A stretch of 64,000 bases of DNA from Amoebophrya sp. A120 (GCA_905178155.1 CAJINV010000004.1:2932921-2996920), one strand, 5' to 3'. Positions 50,714-61,199 are shown, counted from the first letter of the stretch. Notes: generated by a model not told the origin, from the sequence alone. A program made the numbers and translations.

Positions 50714-53563
50714 CTAAATTTCGTACTGGGTGCTCCTTCTCGTGCTCGACGCGATCGCGTTCTTTCGCTGTTCCAATTCTTCATCCAAAGCAGCTAGGAG
50801 CCGGTCGCGTAAATTCATCACTCGCGCCGGCGCGCCTCTTTTGATATCTTCTATGTAGTAGTTGGCCACACTGGCCGCGGCCCCACAATCTGAGTTGCGG
50901 CCAGGGCCAGCTCTTCTCGAGTTGCTTGTGTCACTTCGATTTCCCCCGCTGGAATAAATCTTCGGAACTTCTACCGCTCCTGATGTAGTTGTCAGTGTCT
51001 CCATTTCTCTCCAGTTGCTTACCGCATCGTAAAGCCTCCGAGCCAAGTCGTCTTCCATGGTCTGCAGCACGCGGCGCATTGCTGCGGAAAAGAACGGAAG
51101 CAGGTTCTTGTTGCAGACACCGAAAAGATGATGGAAACGAGTAGTGGAGCTACAACGGGTTTCGCTTTCCAACTCCACCTGTGCAACATAAGCTCCTTCT
51201 GCCGGTGGTGGCAATGTTTCTCCCAATTCATTCCTGACGCAGCTGGGTTTTTCTTCTTTCCTGTCGTCCTGCACAAGTCCTAGTTCCAAGATTCCATCCT
51301 GTTCTGCGTGCAACGGTGGCGATGAAACAGATGTGACGCGTTTATCATCGTCTCCAGGATGACGATGAAGTTGAAGAGCAGGAGCGGCATAAAGATCTTC
51401 AGGTGCTGGTTGCAGTGAAACTGTCTTTCGCACAGAAGACGCGCAGCCATTGCCGAGTCTGTCAGATGTTGACGAGGAATCTTCAGAACATGAGCCTTCA
51501 GCTTCAGCTTCACATCGGTCCCACATAGAGTAGTTCTCTTTCAAGAACGAAATTAGCGCTACCAAATCCTCAAACGCGCATACCATGTTCTCGGCGTCCA
51601 GATGAACCGCAGAGGCGCCCAAGTGGTAGGAAAGAGCGGGTAATTGGTGCTGCTCGATCTGTTGGAAAAATTCTGGTAGAAATTGATGAACCTCTTCTGC
51701 TTTTTTTAGGTTGTCGAGGTCATGGTCATCTTCATCCACCTGTCTGTTCCCATGTAGTTGAACAAGACTTTTTCGTCGACGACCTAAATGCGCCACATAG
51801 GCTGCCAGTAGGGCGAGACGATCACAACAGACGGAAGGGGCCATGTAGTGCCCGTACCCCGCAGCTCTTCCAGCACGGCCACTTCGTAAAGAACCGCGAG
51901 CGTCGCGGCCGCTTGCAGCTCCTATTTCCAGCACAATCACTCGGAAAAAGTTTTGCAGCAAATGCGACGGCAGCAGCATCTTATCTTTCGAGAGATGAGG
52001 TTCTAGTACTTCTTCAGTTGTATTCGTACAGCTGCGCGTCGGACTTCGACCCAAGGCCAAAACTGCAGTTGCCAATCGGTTCACCAAGTCAGGGCATGAT
52101 GGAGACAAGGGCGTCTTGTGTTCTTGTTGCAAGAGCACAACGTGCTCCACAATAGCGCGAATCAAAAGCTCGTCGATTTGTAGTACGTTTTCCTGTGTTG
52201 AAGACGACGAGGACGCCGATCCCAAAGAACTACCGACCAGCTGGCAGCAACTGGACAAAATTTCGCAAGCGTCGTGCGCGGTCACGTGCTCCAACTGGTT
52301 CCCAATCTGATCGAACAGCGGCTGCAGGTCAATATTTCTTGGTGGCGTGCGGGTACTTCTGTCGTGCTCGTGTGTCGCCGTCGATGTTGTACCATTCATA
52401 TTTATCCGGTCGTTCCCGTTCAGGCTAGAACTGTGCACTAGAAACCTGGTAACTCCTTTCAACAGAACCACGGCGTCGTTCACCCTCGGAAACTTCGACT
52501 TGTCTTGGAAAAAGAGAGACAGCTCTTCAGTAAAGAAGCTGCTGGTGCTGCTGGGCGTCATTTGTTTAATTGGTGGCGCTTGTCGCGGCCGGCGTCCTGT
52601 CTTTGGCCCTAGTTGTGCATGTGGAGCTCCAGATGAGAATAGCTTACGAGCGCATTCATCTGGATCATTGTCCAACATATGAGAAGTGAGAGAGTTACTG
52701 CACATCGGGTTTTCATCTCGAAAATTTGAATTTGTTTCTGGCTCCTGCCCGCCGTCACTTTCTCGTCTCGCCGGCGGCAGCAGGGTTCTTGTCCTAGCCT
52801 GCGGCACAACAACGTCAGGTCCCTTCGCCGCAAAGAGAAAAAGCAGCTTGGCGAGTTCCACAGCGGAGAAGTGTGGTAACAAGGTAGCCGCCCGCAGTTG
52901 GAACTTCGTAAACGCGGTCTCGGACAGATTTTCGACGTGCGCCAAAGCGTCGAACAGCGCGGGAATGTCCATTTCTTTCAAAGGCACAAGATTTCGCTGC
53001 TTCACCAAAACCCCTCGCGGAGGGGGGTGTTGGTGATATGTCGACTGTCGGGTCGTGTTGTGTGCGGCGGACGAAAAGCAAGAGGCTGACACTCTTCCTG
53101 CTGCACAACTAGCAGTCATTCTGTTGCTTGTAGTTTTCCGGCCTGTTCCGGCAATGTCCTGCGCTGTCTCGATCGCGGAAAATCCAAGCCTTCGCACGCC
53201 TATAGCCCCGCCCGTTCTTGTGGCCTCCCGAGCGTTTGTTTTGCTTAGAACAGACAGGAGCTTCACCGCCACCGGCGCACCTTCGCTTCCCCTTCCTCGC
53301 AAAAATTCTACAAATGTCAGTGCTGCTGGAACAAGCACTGGCTTGCTCGCATCGGCGCGTTGCGTCGGCGAGAAAAAGAGTCCACCTCGGGGCTCCTTCA
53401 TGGTAATTTCGCCCTGCGCCACTGTCTTCGAGCGGGTCGTGGCGGGGGCAGATCTTCTCCTGTACTGTGTCGTCAAAAGGTGACCTTGTGCGCGAAGTTG
53501 AAGAGGATGCGGCACCCCAGCACCTCCCCGTCGTGGCATTGGCATTGCCGTCGTCAACATCAT
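50714..53563 (-). CDS. Hypothetical ~950-aa protein, possibly organelle-targeted helical-repeat type
   Basis: Uninterrupted ORF, first ATG at 53563; R/T-rich N-terminus; FSAVELAKLLFLFA resembles helical RNA-binding repeats (weak). Confidence 0.6.
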   Translation of the reverse strand: MMLTTAMPMPRRGGAGVPHPLQLRAQGHLLTTQYRRRSAPATTRSKTVAQGEITMKEPRGGLFFSPTQRADASKPVLVPAALTFVEFLRGRGSEGAPVAVKLLSVLSKTNAREATRTGGAIGVRRLGFSAIETAQDIAGTGRKTTSNRMTASCAAGRVSASCFSSAAHNTTRQSTYHQHPPPRGVLVKQRNLVPLKEMDIPALFDALAHVENLSETAFTKFQLRAATLLPHFSAVELAKLLFLFAAKGPDVVVPQARTRTLLPPARRESDGGQEPETNSNFRDENPMCSNSLTSHMLDNDPDECARKLFSSGAPHAQLGPKTGRRPRQAPPIKQMTPSSTSSFFTEELSLFFQDKSKFPRVNDAVVLLKGVTRFLVHSSSLNGNDRINMNGTTSTATHEHDRSTRTPPRNIDLQPLFDQIGNQLEHVTAHDACEILSSCCQLVGSSLGSASSSSSTQENVLQIDELLIRAIVEHVVLLQQEHKTPLSPSCPDLVNRLATAVLALGRSPTRSCTNTTEEVLEPHLSKDKMLLPSHLLQNFFRVIVLEIGAASGRDARGSLRSGRAGRAAGYGHYMAPSVCCDRLALLAAYVAHLGRRRKSLVQLHGNRQVDEDDHDLDNLKKAEEVHQFLPEFFQQIEQHQLPALSYHLGASAVHLDAENMVCAFEDLVALISFLKENYSMWDRCEAEAEGSCSEDSSSTSDRLGNGCASSVRKTVSLQPAPEDLYAAPALQLHRHPGDDDKRVTSVSSPPLHAEQDGILELGLVQDDRKEEKPSCVRNELGETLPPPAEGAYVAQVELESETRCSSTTRFHHLFGVCNKNLLPFFSAAMRRVLQTMEDDLARRLYDAVSNWREMETLTTTSGAVEVPKIYSSGGNRSDTSNSRRAGPGRNSDCGAAASVANYYIEDIKRGAPARVMNLRDRLLAALDEELEQRKNAIASSTRRSTQYEI

Positions 53564-54268
53564 GCCAGTCAAGATGCTGCATAATTTTCGGACGAAGAAA
53601 CGGACCAAGCTCGCAAGTGCGGTTTGATTCACAGATGATGATGAACCAGGTCAAAGCTTTTGCGTTTATTGCCAAGATCTACTTTGGGAAGGCGTGGAAA
53701 GGTACTGCAAACGCAATTTTTCTTTTTCTAACACGAAAATCGAAGATGGAAACCGAAAAAACAAAGAAGAACTGTTGAGCGCATGATCCTGTGCGGGTGT
53801 GACCTCCGGGCGACATGAAATTGCGACCTAGGTAGTGATGAACGGGAACAAAGCATCAATACTAAGACCGTCTCAAGACACAATGTAGAACAGGTAGGCG
53901 GCATATTAATGCTGGTGCTCAGAGAAGTAGTGCAATAGCAATAGTGTTCTCCATCATGCTCTTTGCTCAGCAAGCTTGCGCTGTTCTCATTTTCAAGATC
54001 AATTAAATCAGGCGAGACCACAGTCACACAACATAGAAGTCGAGATACTAAGGATGGCCGTTTTGTAGTTTCTTGGGTCGTTTTGGCTCCTCGTCGGGGA
54101 GGACGGACGAGCAGCTGCACAAGAAGCTTGCTACTTCTTGCAATCATTTCTCTGGTTTGAAATTTTTGCACTGCGAAATGAAATCGGGGTTAATATTTTT
54201 CTGTGCGCGTGGTCGTGATGCTGACCACGAACACTAGCAAGACCAATCTTCAATGACAATTATAATTC

Positions 54269-56299
54269 TCAGTACAGAAACCCTTTTTCCGCCGCTGCTT
54301 GCGCGAGAAAATCCCGAACCAGTTGCATGTTTTTGTCGTTCAAAATCGAGACACAGCAGGTCGCGGTGGATCCCATCGGCGCGTGGTCCTTCAATTTGAA
54401 CTTTTCCCCCTCGACGCCCAAGTACTGGTCCGCGGCGTCTTGGTTCTCTAACGCGCACGCGCGCGACTGTCGCATCCGCTCGATCTCCCGCTCGAGTTCC
54501 TCGAGCACCATTCGTTCCGGCCGCGTCATCTTGTCCATCTTGTTCACGACGAGCAGCAGTTTCGCAGTGCTGAAGACCTGGGTGATCAGCTCCTTGTCCG
54601 TGAACAGGTCGTACAAAAATTCCGCGGCGTTCTTCAACTCCACCTTGTCCGTCATGAGAGTGCACAACTCCCGCTCCCCCTCATTTGTCACGCATACCCG
54701 ACTGCACCACATCGAAAACCTTTGCACCGTCGCTGCAAGCAGCTACGGCCGCAGGAGATCTAGGGTCAGAACCGCGAAAAGTATCGCGAGTATATCTTCA
54801 TTCCCGGGCACTAATATTATGATTATCTTTTCCTTACTTCTCGCTTACCGCAAATCGATTTGCTGCCCTCTGGCACTGTTTGCATGACAAATTACGGAAG
54901 ACCAAACAGTACTACTTTCGGCAGGTGAGCTTGTCATGCAAAGTCTCCAGGAGTGCTGGCGTTTGTATTGCAGCTTGTTCATGCCATACAAATGAGGGGG
55001 CCGGGGAGTAGTTGTGCACTCTCATATCCGTCCCGTCGATGACAAACAGGACGCAGTGCAGAGGCTGACTCCGATTCAACAGCTCCTGGCGGACGGCCGT
55101 GCGCATCCGCGGGTGGCCCGGACACTCGGTCAGCGAGATCGGAAAAGTTGGCTTCGTGTAGGAGGTTGTGATTTCATCTTTGTCCTCTGCGCGTGCTGTT
55201 TGTGTTTGTTCTGGTTTGCGACTGTTCGTTGGGCTCGTTTTATCTATTCCCGCGGTCGTGGTGGTCTCACTTGTGGCTCTATCCTGTGCAAAAGTATCGC
55301 ATTCGTATAAATGCAAGTCTTGCATTACAAATATTTTTCTTAAGGTAAATTAGCATGGCAAATTTCATTTCTCATGCTGAGAAAATTTGCATTGCATTCA
55401 TACGAGTACGATACTTTTGCAGTTCATAGGCTCCTCCTTGCCGGTGTTCGAGCTCGAAGCTCGCACTGGTGATTTTCAGACTGCTACCCACTGCAAATAT
55501 GTCTGGGTCTGGAAGAGTGCAAACTTGTCATGCATATTTTCCATGCCCCATGAGGTCTGCAATGAAGGACCTAGCATGACAGGTTCTGCGAAGTCTCTAT
55601 CAGGTCTATCCTGCATGACAAACTGCCTCTATCTAAACTTGTTCAAAAGTGGACACCTTTTGGTAACCATGCAACACAAATTTTTGCACGATCCAGACTT
55701 AGCATGACAAGTTCGCGTCCTTCCAGACCCGGACATATTTGCAATGCATAACTGCTCACCAGCTTCATTTGCTTTTCGTCGTCCCGGAGGGCAAAGAGCA
55801 GCGCCGTTTTTCCCGCATTGTTCTGCCCCAGAATCGTGACTTGTAAGCCTTTGCTACTTTTCCCGCCCCGGATCTTCGAGCCTGACCCCACGAGCCCGAC
55901 CGCGTACGCACCAGCCACGCTCGCGACGGAGGTGGTCAGCAGAAGAAAGAAAAGTGTTGGTGTAATAAACGGGGTCGGCTCAGGCTCTTCCTGCTCAAGA
56001 TCCGGAGATGAACCTTCTTGCACTTTGGTCGTCGTGTGCTCATCATTTTTTATCGCAGCAGCTTTCTTACTACCTCCAGTGTTCGTGGCTGTCTTTTTTG
56101 ATTTGTTAATCCCATCTTCATTTGTTGATGTCGAAGCTGCTTTTTTCGCCGCTCCTTGTTTCTTTTCTTTCGCCGCGACAAAGAGGGTGGGAAGCTGCGC
56201 TGTAATAAGAGTCTGCGTCGACGTCGAGCAGCCAAACAGAAGCACCCCGGCTGCGGCCTTCGAGAGTCGCGAGGACTTCATCTGCAGTTGGAAGAACAT
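54269..56299 (-). CDS. SRPRB: Signal recognition particle receptor beta subunit (Arf-like GTPase)
   Basis: TM segment, P-loop GQNNAGKT, ECPGHPRMR, FVIDGTD, AEFLYDL, NKMD and LEREIERMR. Reconstituted by removing three introners. Confidence 0.85.
54653..55026. mobile_element. Introner, family C, reverse orientation, with internal insertion (374 bp)
   Basis: catgagagtgcacaactccc...agttgtgcactctcata; direct repeat tccgt; the join gives DGTD-KVEL. Confidence 0.92.
55280..55428. mobile_element. Introner, family A (149 bp)
   Basis: tatcctgtgcaaaagtatcg...cgatacttttgcagttcata; direct repeat ggctc. Confidence 0.92.
55485..55750. mobile_element. Introner, family B (266 bp)
   Basis: tacccactgcaaatatgtctgggtctgg...ccagacccggacatatttgcaatgcata; direct repeat actgc; the join gives LVSS-LKIT. 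Confidence 0.92.
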
Positions 56300-57268
56300 C
56301 TTCTTTTAGGGCTCGCGACGATTTAGATTTTCCGAAAGGTGAAGAAAAACTTAGGTCGCTTTGATGTTGTGCTAGTAGCTGCGTTCGAAAACGTGGAGCG
56401 TACTATTCGAAGCCGATTTTGTTGTATAGGGTTAGGGGCGAGGGCGCAATTGCTGCAAAAGTTTTAAAAGATGTTAGTGGGTTGTGGAGTGACATAGCTA
56501 CGTGCTTGTGATACATCTCAATGTTTTCTACTTGTTACTACACCTCGCTGTGCATGTGTTACTAACAAGTTGTGCTTGAAGAAAAAGTGTTTCTGCCGGT
56601 GGTGAGATATACCAGGCCAAACTGCGGAGAACCATCAATACAAACACAGATCCTCAAAGTTTCTCGTCGTTGTGAAAAATTTACTTTTCGGATCCTACTC
56701 TTGGGACTCATGGAGTTGTCTAAAAACCATGACATAATTAAGTAAATGGATGTGCAGCTCGAACTCGATCTTTTCTCAACTTTGATCGACGATGTTCATG
56801 TTGATGCGGTCGGTCGCTGACTTATAGAGTAGACTTGCACTGCTGCTTGTGCTTCAAGTAGATTCATCGCCAACCACGAACAGAACGCGAGATATTTTGC
56901 AGTAGAACTTCGCCGTCGAGAAACAAGAGCTCTTCTGCTTAGATAGTGCATCACTCAGCCTCAGGCCTGTTCATCGTCGGTCTTCGCCTTAAACACAATT
57001 CGGAATGGGGGAGTGTCCACGACTGATGTCTTCTCTTTGCAACATTCTTTGTCGCGATCGTGGCCGAGAAGATATATCAGAATGACAATACTGTGCCGGG
57101 GGTCACTGGCTGCTTTCTGAAGGGGAAAACATCGAAAATGTAAAAAAAAAAAGAGAGATAGAGTAGGCGGGCAGTTGAGATGAGTCCGCAAGTAAGTACT
57201 TACGCATGAAGATGTCGTGAACGCCAAGCAGCTAGCAGAAGGATCACGCCTGTACTGGACTCCGCCCC

Positions 57269-60200
57269 TCAAAGTGCGAGATATTGCGACGCCGCCACCG
57301 GTGGCCCGACATCATCAACATCCTCCGTAGGAAGTAAATCTTGACCTTCACCGGTCGAAGCAAAACCTTCTTCCCTGGCCCGCTCCTCCCCCTCGTCTAC
57401 CACCTCCGCAAAAGACGCGGACTTTTCTTGCGCCGGCGCGTCGCCGTCTCCCCGCGGACGAGTCACCACTTGATGTTCCCCGAACGCGCGGAGCGAGTGC
57501 GCGTGCTGCACAGAGTCGCAGGTTTCTGCACTGTCCAGCAGAAAGCGAATTTCCCGTTTAAACGCGAGCATGCGCGAGGAGTCACTTCCCGCGAAGGAGA
57601 ACAGCGGAATCTGCGACTTTTTACTCACATACAGCACGTGCGCCGCCGTGTTGGTTATTTCTTGAGTTTTTGTTTCTTCAACAGCTTGTTCATTCTCGGC
57701 GTCTGATTTGAAGTCAGCTGCTTGTGCTTCCCCCTCCAAAAGTTCGGTTTCAAATTGCCAAAAACGGAGTTTCGTCCATGTTGCGCTGTTGGTGCTGCTA
57801 GAAGTGGTTCTTGCGCCAAGTTGAACTTCTTTCTTGATGTTCACGGTCACCCTCTCGTAGCCGGGCTTAACCACGCCGGTTTCTGGGTGTCCGAAGATCT
57901 GGTTTTGTAGTTCTTCCGCGTTTTCTATCAGGTGGCTCTCGATCTGGTACTTCAAATAGAACATGCCCAGCGGCGTTACGTCCCCGTAAATCTCGGCCCG
58001 CGGAAAGGTTCTAGAAGTTTTGGAAGTAGAAAGAACACCAGCAGCAGTGCTAGCCCCGCCGATTTCGATAACGGGATGACCTTCAAGTTTCTCACACACC
58101 CACGCACTCTTTGCCCCTCCGGACGATGTATCCTCGTCTTCGTTCTCAACTCGTGTACGACCTAAATTATCGTGTGCAGGATTTCCAGCACCAGCTCCAA
58201 CGTAGCGCAACACCCACATCGCCGCCTTTCCTGTCGGAAACACACTCTTCGTTGCGTGCGCGACGCGCGCGCCCTGGGTATCGTAATCGACAGCGCCATC
58301 GGGAGACACAAGGTCGCACTTCTCGGCGATGGTGTTTGTGTTTTCATCTGACATAGCACCGTGGTAGTGTTCGTGCAGCTCCCGCAGCATTTCCTTGTCT
58401 TCTTCAACCATTTGCAGCACTTCTTTGTTCTCCGGGTCTTTCGCTGCCATTTTTGCCAGTTTCTGCTTCAAGAATTCCAAATAACAACCATCCACCAGAT
58501 CCTCCTCCGGCGGCTGCCGCCACAAAGCGAGTTCTCGCTGCATGTTTTCCAGAAACGGAAGATTGGCGAGATTTTCCTTTTCGCCATCGGAGCCGGAGGC
58601 TTTTTTAGAAGAAGTTTGCTGCTGCATATTTGTAAACCACGTGAAGTGCCGCGTGTGCTTTTCAAGGAAGGAGCTTGAGCTACTACTAGCACTACTAGAA
58701 GCTGATGCACTGCTTTTTTCCACAAACTTCGGCTCGATTCCCAGTGCCTTTAACGCTTGGTCGCAGGGAGCCACCCAGAGATGCTTTTTGCAGTAGACCG
58801 ACAGGTGTAGATCCTTGGGCCCGTCTGTGAATTTTTTACAGTACTCCGGTTCGTAGTCATCGAACACTGCGTCCCACTTGCAGCAGGTGATCCGTTCGTT
58901 CTGAATGCCAAAGTCCGGGTACTGGAAGCCTTGGGTAAGCTGTTCCACCGTGTTCTGTACCGCCTTGTAGCTCTTCATCAGGGAAGATTCTTGCGCGGCG
59001 TAGTATAAGCCCCCAGCGCAGTAGCCGACCGGCAAGGGTTCTGCGTCCTCTTCATCCTTGGTCGGGTCGACCCACCCCCTCCCGACGCACTGTGCTAGTT
59101 CCGCCTTAATCAAGTCCTGCCACTTGGGGCAGCCGACGTTGTCGCAGTTCCCAAAATTTTTCGCGTCCACACTGTCGCCGCCCGGGTTCAAAGCGGTAAT
59201 GTACTCGTCCCCTAGCGCGTATGGAAGTGTCAGAATCGAAATTGACAAAATCGAAAAACTTGTGATGCATAAAATCAATACCAGTTGGAGCCTCAGTTTG
59301 CAAGCGGCGCATGACAAATTTCGGGAGCACCCAAATCCAGTCTGTCATGCTGTTTGGGCAAAGAATACTGCTCCTGTCGTGCTACTCTGGCATCGTATTG
59401 CATACCCCTAAACAGGCTTACAATCGGTCTCATTTCCCTGCTCCCCAATACAGGCCTCCAGTGCCCTACATTTTATGCATCAAAAATTTTTCGATTTTGT
59501 CGATTTCGATCCGGACACATCCATAGCGCGTACCAGGCGTGCGCCAGCTCGTGGCTCACCACCTCCTTCGCATCGGCGGAAATGGGCACGACGGCGAAGG
59601 TATCAACTGTAAAAATGTCTGGGTCTGGAAGATTCTGACACTTGTCATGCACGTTTTGCATGAGCGATGACGTCTGTGATGCATACCCCAGCAATACAGA
59701 TTTTCTGAGGGATTCGTGATGCCTATTCCGCATGACAAATTCAAATACCTCCTCAGCTTAGCAAAATTTGCATTCCGTTTGCTTCTCATGCAATACAGAT
59801 TTTTTTGGAATCTAAATACAGCATCACAAGTTGCATTCTTCCAGACCCAGACATTTTTACATTTGATAGAAGGCTCGGTCGGGCGCGGCCCGGCCGCCCT
59901 TGATGCTTTCGTCGTTGTGAAGCACCAGAATCGTCCATTGCTTCCAACCGTGGTTCGAGGGTCTGTGGTCGTGTGTAGTTGCGGTAGTATATCATTTTCA
60001 TTTTGATGATCGGATCTTTTATCATGATATTGTCATATTGAGAGCACTGATGCACATGCATTGAACAACAAGTCATAGTTTGGGTGCGCCGCAATGTCAA
60101 TTCAATACGAGGTTTTGACTTTCAAGCTACTTATCTTCATCTTTGAGTCTAGATCGAAAAGAGTCTGAACATAAAAATTACTCGCACGACGTCTTGACGT

Positions 60201-60472
60201 GATCGATTAACTTTTTCTCGTTTTCGAACGTCGCTGCACTGAGGTCCGTTTCCGCCGGGTCGCTGCACCAAAAAACCTGGTTTTGGTTCGGCGCGCTGCC
60301 AGAGGTGGTCCCTCCAACCGACCACAAGCGGCACAAGGCTCCGTTGTCGTTCTGCACGGCCGTATCCACCCACCAGTAGTTCAGTTTTGTATTTACACGC
60401 GGGTCGAAGGGCTTGAAGCCCGCGATCGTGTACTTGTAAACGTCCTCAACCCATTGCTTGAATTTCGCCGGT
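57269..60472 (-). CDS. Peptidase M64-like zinc metallopeptidase (5' exons outside the window or unresolved)
   Basis: The spliced product reads ILVLHNDESIKGG...VSHELAHAWYALGDEY...ESSLMK. GT-AG intron 59963-60181; introners 59601-59868 and 59220-59525. No start codon found. Confidence 0.75.
59220..59525. mobile_element. Introner, family D (306 bp)
   Basis: tatggaagtgtcagaatcgaaattgacaaaatcgaaaaa...tttttcgattttgtcgatttcgatccggacacatccata; direct repeat gcgcg; the join gives WYA-LGDEY. Confidence 0.93.
59601..59868. mobile_element. Introner, family B (268 bp)
   Basis: tatcaactgtaaaaatgtctgggtctgg...ccagacccagacatttttacatttgata; direct repeat gaagg. Confidence 0.93.
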
Positions 60473-60619
60473 TATGCAACGAAAAAAATAGTACTACCGT
60501 TCTCCAGTATTAAAATCAATTTTTTCTTCTCTTTTTTTGCGTTGCAATTCTTTTCCCTTTTTCCAAGAGAAAAATATAACAATTACTATTGAAACTGCAG
60601 CAACTAGCCAAAATTGGCA

Positions 60620-60925
60620 TTCCTACCCTGGTTCCAGGGTAGGTTCCAGGGTAGGTTCCGGGGTAGGTAACACGAGGGGACAGTGGATTTAAGAAGGGGG
60701 GGGGTACAGCCTACCCAGGAACCGACCCAGGAACCGACTCAACCCGACTCCTCAACCGACCGATACAGCTCGGGGAAAAAAACAAACACGAGCTGTGGAG
60801 TCGGGTGAAGAGTCGGGTAAAAGTCGGGTCCAGGGTAGGTTTTGAGTCGGGTAAAGTCGGGTAAATAGCTCGGGAAAGGCAAAGTGACCTTACCCGACTC
60901 GACCCGACTCTACCCGACTCCAGCC
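60620..60925. repeat. Foldback-like cluster of short inverted and tandem repeats
   Basis: Palindrome cctaccctgg-tt-ccagggtagg, 12-bp tandem ttccagggtagg, and alternating arrays of cccgact and agtcggg. Confidence 0.75.
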
Positions 60926-60932
60926 GATGCGA

Positions 60933-61184
60933 TATCCTTGGCCGATAGGTCTGGGTCTGGACGAGCCCAGGTCTGTCATGCATATTTGGCCTGATCCACT
61001 ATGATGCAGGCTACTTTGTCACGCATATTGTGCGTGGTCCACTTTTTTATGCATATTTTGCATGATCCACTTTGTCACGCATATTTTGCATGAGCCCAAT
61101 TTTGTTTGTCATGCATGTTTTGCATGAGCCGCCACAAATTAAAGCAGGACGCATCCAGACCCACACAAATCGAAGCAGCTGATC
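60933..61184. mobile_element. Decayed family-B-like element in non-coding DNA
   Basis: TAT start with gtctgggtctgg at the family-B offset (16 nt), ccagacccacac at 61155 and many tgtcaYgc motifs; right end and direct repeat not intact. Confidence 0.6.
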
Positions 61185-61199
61185 ACCAAATGCAAAGGC

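Noticed and set aside
56426-56437. Telomere-like tagggttagggg
   Set aside because: Only about two units; too short.
22-60513. Numerous plus-strand ORFs in the track
   Set aside because: Antisense shadows of minus-strand genes with no recognisable motifs.
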